A program made the translations under genes and the position numbers. Below, piece after piece: positions 14,258 to 18,074 of a stretch of DNA of 18,074 bases. Source of the stretch: a virus. Position 1 is the stretch's first letter. Each line of letters starts with the position of its first letter. The notes beneath the pieces were generated by a model, which was not told the origin of the DNA, searched no databases, and saw only the letters and a list, made by a program, of their open reading frames with translations. The stretch is from positions 1 through 18,074 of the IMG/VR virus record IMGVR_UViG_3300045988_020153; one strand, 5' to 3'.

Positions 14258-15220
14258 CTACTTTTCCAATGCGCCCGCTTCCATCATCCATCGGTCGAAC
14301 TGCCGTCGCGAACGCTGATAGCCCTCGCTGTTGTCACGGAACACTGAAGTAAAACCGTGGCGCACTGGGTCATATACCGTCCAGTCGAACACGATACGGG
14401 GGGCGTCAGTCTGTTCGATGAACGCGCGTTTTTGTGCGGCTGAGAGTTGGCGGAATCGTTTCAACCGTTTCGAGCCGAGCGTGGTAGCCAAGATCTTCTC
14501 GAACACCTCATAACGTTCGCGGCTCATATAGGAAGGCCAATCATGATCACCATACAATTCTTTAGTCTGTTTGCCTGTTCCCTGCTTTTTGGACGGTTTG
14601 CTTTTTCGTTCGGTGCGCAATCCCAATATTTCTGCGGCATCGTGCATCTGATCCAGTAGTTCGTTGCGATGGCCGCTTTCCAGTTGGGAGCGCACGAAAG
14701 CTTCATCGCTCAGCACGTCGGTCATTTGCAGGAAGTCCGTGAGTTTCGATGGGATGATCTGATTACGTCCGAAGCCTTCACCGGTGGTGCCGGTGATCTC
14801 GGCCACACGCTGATCATACACGCTACGTTGTGGCATGGCCTGAGCTTTGTTCCATTCGTTGATTTTCCGTCGTGCCGCATTGATTTTCCGCTGTTGCTGT
14901 CGCAAGAGTTTACGTCGCTTCGCCACCGGCTCCGCCTGAATTTGCGCGTCTGTGATGGGTGTGCGCCCTGCGAACATGATGTCTTTTTTCGTCGGCTTTT
15001 CGATGGCGGTGGTGTGGTATGGGGTTGCTTTCGCTTCCGCTATGGCATGTTTCTTCTGCCGTTCCCACTCTTTGCCTAATGTTTTCGCGATGTTGACTAG
15101 TTGTTGGTCTGCGGTTTTGGCGAGATTGGAATAGGAGTAACTGCCAAGTTGTTTGATATTACGGGCGGCGCGTGCTTGCGCGGCTTGACGTGCCTTGACA
15201 TGCTTTTGCTTTCGAGACAT
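14258..15220 (-). CDS. Terminal protein candidate (primer for protein-primed replication)
   Basis: 320 aa and strongly basic (KQKHVKARQAAQARAAR, KRRKLLRQQQRKINAARRKIN). It lies immediately upstream of PolB, like phi29 gene 3. The C-terminal FRDNSEGY (Ser298) resembles the phi29 TP priming context FDSEG as I remember it. No other similarity is visible by eye. Confidence 0.55.
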   Translation of the reverse strand: MSRKQKHVKARQAAQARAARNIKQLGSYSYSNLAKTADQQLVNIAKTLGKEWERQKKHAIAEAKATPYHTTAIEKPTKKDIMFAGRTPITDAQIQAEPVAKRRKLLRQQQRKINAARRKINEWNKAQAMPQRSVYDQRVAEITGTTGEGFGRNQIIPSKLTDFLQMTDVLSDEAFVRSQLESGHRNELLDQMHDAAEILGLRTERKSKPSKKQGTGKQTKELYGDHDWPSYMSRERYEVFEKILATTLGSKRLKRFRQLSAAQKRAFIEQTDAPRIVFDWTVYDPVRHGFTSVFRDNSEGYQRSRRQFDRWMMEAGALEK

Positions 15221-15242
15221 ATGGCACAGTCCTTAAGATGGC

Positions 15243-15267
15243 GAGAGCACCCAAGTTGGGTGCTCTC
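15243..15267 (-). other. Hairpin without a U-tract between the SSB-like and TP genes
   Basis: gagagcaccc (15243-15252) pairs with gggtgctctc (15258-15267) around a 5-nt loop. The flanks are not T-rich on either strand. Confidence 0.5.
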
Positions 15268-15301
15268 TATGGATGAACGCTACTCAGTTATTATAGCAAG
15301 C

Positions 15302-15736
15302 TCACTTGGTTTCCTTGTCCACCGGCTCGATGCTGAAAAACTTGAAGCCACGACGGGAGCGGCGTTCGACAACCTTGATGCATAGCGGTTCCGTCCAGGT
15401 GTTCGGCGTGCCGAAGATCCCGAACATGGTGTTGAGTCCCGCCGCGAGAGTGGGGGAGGTGGCCGCGTACGCCTTGTTGTCATCGGTCACGATGACGACG
15501 CGCACGGTGTTGGAGATTTCGCCGGTCTGGTCGTCGGTCACCTGCACGGCCTGGGCTACTGCGTTCGTCATGTTCAGCGGCTCGTTGAGGTGTTCGTCGA
15601 GCTTTTCGGCGTTCTGCAATGCGCTGTAGAGCTTGATCTTGCCTTCACGAGTGCTTGTGTCGATGAAGTGTTGGACGGTGCCAAGTTCGGTGTTCTCGGT
15701 GTTGAACGCGACGAGTGCGGTATTGGTGTTTTCCAT
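15302..15736 (-). CDS. Single-stranded DNA-binding protein (phi29 p5-like)
   Basis: It begins MENTN, as phi29 p5 does. NAVAQAVQVTDDQTGE...AYAATSPTLAAGL...IKVVERRSRRGFKFFSIE parallels p5 NAIAQYKQVSDTYGD...LYSAISKTVAEAA...VKVVQGTSSKGNVFFSLQ (from memory). AGGAAAGG RBS. Position upstream of TP and pol. Confidence 0.6.
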   Translation of the reverse strand: MENTNTALVAFNTENTELGTVQHFIDTSTREGKIKLYSALQNAEKLDEHLNEPLNMTNAVAQAVQVTDDQTGEISNTVRVVIVTDDNKAYAATSPTLAAGLNTMFGIFGTPNTWTEPLCIKVVERRSRRGFKFFSIEPVDKETK

Positions 15737-15792
15737 TGGTTAACCTTTCCTAGATTGTTGTTATTTTATTTTCAGGCTTATGCCTAAAATCT

Positions 15793-15801
15793 TTTATATC
15801 A
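15793..15801 (-). promoter_or_regulatory. Candidate promoter TGATATAAA upstream of the SSB-like gene
   Basis: Extended -10-like box on the minus strand. Its TGA is the stop codon of the upstream gene. It lies about 57 nt upstream of the ATG at 15736. Confidence 0.4.
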
Positions 15802-16116
15802 CACGTCTTCGTTATTTTTAACGTCGGCGTGTCTTTTGTTTGTATGTTCTTCGGGGTTCCATTCTTGAGGTTCCTCAAAAGTCGCATACTTATAAAAAGT
15901 CTCCTCATTCATTGAGACCTTTTGCGAAAAAATGTTGATAGAACGTGGAATGAAATCCGGAAACAGTTTCTTCGCACGAATCGAATACGCGCGTGCGTCT
16001 TTCAAACGTCCGTCGATAACATGCTCCGCTTCCAGGAAGTCACCATCCACTAATTCCATGCCCTTAAGCACGGCATAGACGCGCGTGCGAAAAATTTCGG
16101 TTTTCATTCGTGCCAT
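15799..16116 (-). CDS. Histone-like dsDNA-binding protein candidate (phi29 p6-like)
   Basis: 105 aa against about 104 aa for p6. MARMKTEIFRTRVYAVLKGMELVDGD compares with p6 MAKMMQREITKTTVNVAKMVMVDGE. EETFYKYATF compares with VEKFLEVATV. The C-terminal tail is acidic. All comparisons are from memory of the p6 sequence. It is the first gene downstream of the consensus promoter. Confidence 0.5.
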   Translation of the reverse strand: MARMKTEIFRTRVYAVLKGMELVDGDFLEAEHVIDGRLKDARAYSIRAKKLFPDFIPRSINIFSQKVSMNEETFYKYATFEEPQEWNPEEHTNKRHADVKNNEDV

Positions 16117-16131
16117 GAGATTCTACCTTTC

Positions 16132-16641
16132 CTATTCAAAGATTTTTTGCAATTCTACGTCATTATATCGTGTCATGTCCAGTCTGTCAAAATTTTTAAA
16201 CACGGCAATAATCAGTTTTTCCGCTTGAGGACTATCAAAAACCGTGCAACAGTCATATGACGTGCCGCCCTTGACGGCACAGACCGCGCACCATGCAATC
16301 AAATTAGGCGGATTGATGGAACCGTCCAAATATTCAACGTCGGACGTGCGGGATAGGGCGGCAGAGAGTCCGTCCCACATAGTCAGACTCCCGCATATCC
16401 GAGATACAGTAACCACCGCTTGCGTAAACCACTCACCAGGCGCTTCACGCCACAACTCACACAACATATTGACGGCGCGACAACATGTTTCAAAATCGCC
16501 ATATCCAACGTCATACCGTTCCAGATTCAGCTCGCAGGTACGCCCCCGCGTAGCCCTGACAATACGCGGCGACTCCATGATGGCATCATCAAAATCACGC
16601 ATACGATAGATCGGAGTCCTATCATCACCACGCCTAAACAT
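16132..16641 (-). CDS. 169-aa early protein of unknown function (Cys/Trp-rich)
   Basis: Start chosen at the ATG at 16641, 7 nt after GAGGAG. An alternative ATG at 16743 (GAGG + 6 nt) would add 34 Arg-rich residues. No recognisable motif. Confidence 0.6.
   Translation of the reverse strand: MFRRGDDRTPIYRMRDFDDAIMESPRIVRATRGRTCELNLERYDVGYGDFETCCRAVNMLCELWREAPGEWFTQAVVTVSRICGSLTMWDGLSAALSRTSDVEYLDGSINPPNLIAWCAVCAVKGGTSYDCCTVFDSPQAEKLIIAVFKNFDRLDMTRYNDVELQKIFE
16162..16190 (-). promoter_or_regulatory. Perfect consensus sigma-A/sigma-70 promoter TTGACA-N17-TATAAT (strong early promoter)
   Basis: The minus strand reads tttaaaaatTTGACAgactggacatgacacgaTATAATgacg. The -35 is at 16185-16190, the -10 at 16162-16167, and the spacer is exactly 17 nt. 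An A/T-rich UP-like tract lies at 16191-16200. The promoter sits about 45 nt upstream of the ATG at 16116. Confidence 0.8.
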
Positions 16642-16812
16642 AGTACCGCTCCTCAACGCGAAAATAACCGATATTCTCCGTATGAGACCGGATAGCCGCC
16701 CACCGTTTAACCAAATCCGCCGCATCCTTGTATGAGGACGCATAACCGACCTCGATAGGCGGCTTGCGCGCATCCCTCAAGTATGCAAGAGCCACGAAAA
16801 TACTATACATGT

Positions 16813-17016
16813 CTAAAACTCCAATTCATCAACAAAATCACTATCACCATACAGCCACATGACCGCCCACAACCGCCGATCAGGGCAACGTTTCGGAGGA
16901 TCAGTAGCGCTCCGCTTATGCCGTCTCCCAGCCCAAAACGCGCGCAAACGCCAATAACTATCAGCGTCCGGGCACGTGCCGCACGCCCACGAATGTACCC
17001 AACCGCGAAAATACAT
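16813..17016 (-). CDS. 67-aa early protein of unknown function (Trp/Arg-rich)
   Basis: ATG at 17016 preceded by the GAGGAG RBS. It forms a tight junction with the upstream gene. Confidence 0.55.
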   Translation of the reverse strand: MYFRGWVHSWACGTCPDADSYWRLRAFWAGRRHKRSATDPPKRCPDRRLWAVMWLYGDSDFVDELEF

Positions 17017-17019
17017 GTT

Positions 17020-17265
17020 TTAACTCCTCTCTATTAAGGGCGTGCGGGCAATATCGATAGCGTCAACAAGCACGTCCGCCACCTGGTTATAGTCGGTAGC
17101 ACTATACGACGCCACCCCCACAGCCGAACACAATCCCTCCGGCGAGTGAAACACCACATCATACTTCAGCCTATACGACTGACTATGAGAGCAATACCAC
17201 AATTCCACATCACCGCCACAATGTTGAGACGGAAACACAGCAACCTTCATATCACAATAACGCAT
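17020..17265 (-). CDS. 81-aa early protein of unknown function
   Basis: The ORF is in line with its neighbours. The start is uncertain: the ATG at 17265 has a weak SD, and the ATG at 17250 is an alternative. Confidence 0.45.
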   Translation of the reverse strand: MRYCDMKVAVFPSQHCGGDVELWYCSHSQSYRLKYDVVFHSPEGLCSAVGVASYSATDYNQVADVLVDAIDIARTPLIERS

Positions 17266-17281
17266 GACCAGAGATCTTTCA

Positions 17282-17437
17282 CTACAAAACCAATACGATA
17301 GACACGCACACAATCAGCATGACCAGAAAACACATTGCGTCACGCATATCACGCGGTGCCTCAGAAAACACTTCAGCACCCGCAGCAATCAGCAGGATCG
17401 CAAACAAGACAACAACAATAACCACATCAATCATCAT
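17282..17437 (-). CDS. 51-aa small membrane protein with two predicted TM helices
   Basis: MMIDVVIVVVLFAILLIAAGA...MCFLVMLIVCVSIVLVL. The start ATGATGA overlaps the stop of the upstream gene (17427-17437), suggesting translational coupling. Confidence 0.5.
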   Translation of the reverse strand: MMIDVVIVVVLFAILLIAAGAEVFSEAPRDMRDAMCFLVMLIVCVSIVLVL

Positions 17438-17675
17438 AACACCACGGTCCACTGTTAAAAGCCCTACTAAGCTCTTGAAAATCAATGCCACGACAGTATG
17501 CAATTCCGTCGTCTACGTCGATAAACTCCATAAGAGATACCCAACGGCCACGGTCTAGATCAAATATTGCAAACCGGTAATCCACACCACAGTAGTCGCA
17601 TGGATGCTCACACCACCGAAAACGACGGTCTAACCCCGTGTACGTGTCAACAACAGTAAAATAATGCCATTCCAT
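17427..17675 (-). CDS. 82-aa early protein of unknown function with a Cys/His cluster
   Basis: ATG at 17675, 6 nt after GGAGG (17682-17686). It contains WCEHPCDYCG, a possible small metal-binding knuckle. Confidence 0.6.
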   Translation of the reverse strand: MEWHYFTVVDTYTGLDRRFRWCEHPCDYCGVDYRFAIFDLDRGRWVSLMEFIDVDDGIAYCRGIDFQELSRAFNSGPWCYDD

Positions 17676-17689
17676 GATTTGACCTCCAA

Positions 17690-17920
17690 TCAAACGAGCG
17701 AAACCTTAACCATGCCAACCATCGTACCGTCAAGATCAAACGTGGCATTATCAATATCCACACCCACATTACGCCCAACATAAGCGCTACGAACATAAGA
17801 CAACACGCCATCCAACGACGCTTTCAACGACGCTGTATGAAACATGCCACTAGGCTTCACACAGTCAGACAAAACCTCAAAAACCTGAAAACCATCATCA
17901 GCAATAATGAAATACCACAT
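17690..17920 (-). CDS. 76-aa immediate-early protein of unknown function (first gene from the right end)
   Basis: ATG at 17920 preceded by caagggaaaggaaataaa. This is nearly the same RBS cassette as the left-end gene. Confidence 0.65.
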   Translation of the reverse strand: MWYFIIADDGFQVFEVLSDCVKPSGMFHTASLKASLDGVLSYVRSAYVGRNVGVDIDNATFDLDGTMVGMVKVSLV

Positions 17921-17947
17921 TTTATTTCCTTTCCCTTGAAGTTGATA

Positions 17948-17956
17948 GTTATATCA
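17948..17956 (-). promoter_or_regulatory. Right-end early promoter, extended -10-like TGATATAAC
   Basis: On the minus strand at the ITR boundary. An overlapping alternative, TGTTATGAT, lies 5 nt upstream. It is about 28 nt upstream of the ATG at 17920 and mirrors the left-end promoter. Confidence 0.5.
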
Positions 17957-18074
17957 TAACACAAACAAACAAACGACACGCCCAAAAACAAAACAAAACA
18001 AAAAAAATAAAAGACAGTCACAAAACGGTCAGCAAATAAGCTACGGTTACGTAACCGTAACTTAGCTAAGCATG
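17956..18074. repeat. Right inverted terminal repeat (ITR-R), 119 bp
   Basis: Exact reverse complement of 1-119, carrying the same palindromes and A-rich mirror of the T-rich repeats. Confidence 0.97.

Noticed and set aside
14861-14890. Direct repeat gattttccg at 14861-14869 and 14882-14890, partly matching the late-promoter half-site tttccgc
   Set aside because: It lies inside the TP candidate gene and simply encodes the repeated peptide RKIN...RKIN. Its 21-nt spacing equals 7 codons, and there is no dyad partner.
16801-16812. tgtatagta as an extended -10 promoter in the early spacer
   Set aside because: The TG is mis-spaced relative to the best hexamer (TATAGT), and there is no -35. It is too weak to call.
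16783-17558. Plus-strand ORFs in the A+C-rich right region (16783-17037, 17264-17458, 17319-17558). I considered them because the minus-strand sense is unusually G+T-rich there.
   Set aside because: Their products are T/P/H/N/Q-rich low-complexity strings with no start signals. The minus-strand ORFs have GAGGAG/GGAGG RBSs and coupled stop-start junctions.
17589-17612. A CxxxCxxC spacing (C-EHP-C-DY-C) that recalls the radical-SAM cluster motif
   Set aside because: The protein is only 82 aa and has no other radical-SAM features such as a GGE motif or TIM-barrel length. At most it is a small metal-binding knuckle.
1-18074. Search for lysogeny, defence or accessory cargo (integrase, repressor, toxin-antitoxin, CRISPR, tRNA, methyltransferase)
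   Set aside because: None is recognisable by motif. Every ORF of 200 aa or more except the 208-aa coiled-coil protein, for which only a structural role is inferred, is accounted for by replication, structural, packaging or lysis functions. The small early ORFs remain unknown, and I did not assign functions to them without evidence.

Overview
The window is bracketed by a perfect 119-bp inverted terminal repeat (1-119 is the reverse complement of 17956-18074). It therefore reads as one complete ~18.1-kb linear dsDNA genome, not a chromosomal fragment. Content and order match a phi29-type, protein-primed podophage (Salasmaviridae/Picovirinae-like). All genes but one lie on the minus strand. From the right end they run: small early ORFs, p6-like dsDNA-binding protein, p5-like SSB, basic terminal-protein candidate, family-B protein-primed DNA polymerase, a ~170-nt non-coding transcription unit, acidic scaffold, capsid protein with Ig-like C-terminus, tail knob, portal, lower collar, four ATGA-coupled appendage genes (one an SGNH-esterase fibre), CHAP plus transglycosylase-like tail lysin, gp16-type packaging ATPase, holin, and CHAP-SH3b endolysin. 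One very acidic early gene reads inward from the left end. I saw no integrase, repressor, tRNA or CRISPR array, so the phage is probably strictly lytic. AGGAGG-type Shine-Dalgarno sites, TGnTATAAT extended -10 boxes and one perfect TTGACA-N17-TATAAT suggest a Gram-positive host; this is inference only. The main leads are: (1) a candidate prohead/packaging RNA just downstream of the polymerase gene, with its own promoter, a 5'/3' closing helix, two hairpins with complementary loops and a terminator; (2) a shortened polymerase with degenerate exonuclease motifs and NTD in place of DTD; (3) a palindrome-rich ITR with no terminal base reiteration; (4) a G+T skew flip near 16 kb with no change of coding strand; (5) an inverted repeat bracketing the late promoter. 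All homology statements are motif-level comparisons by eye against remembered phi29 proteins (gp2, gp3, gp5, gp6, gp9, gp10, gp16) and domain signatures. No database search or RNA folding could be run.
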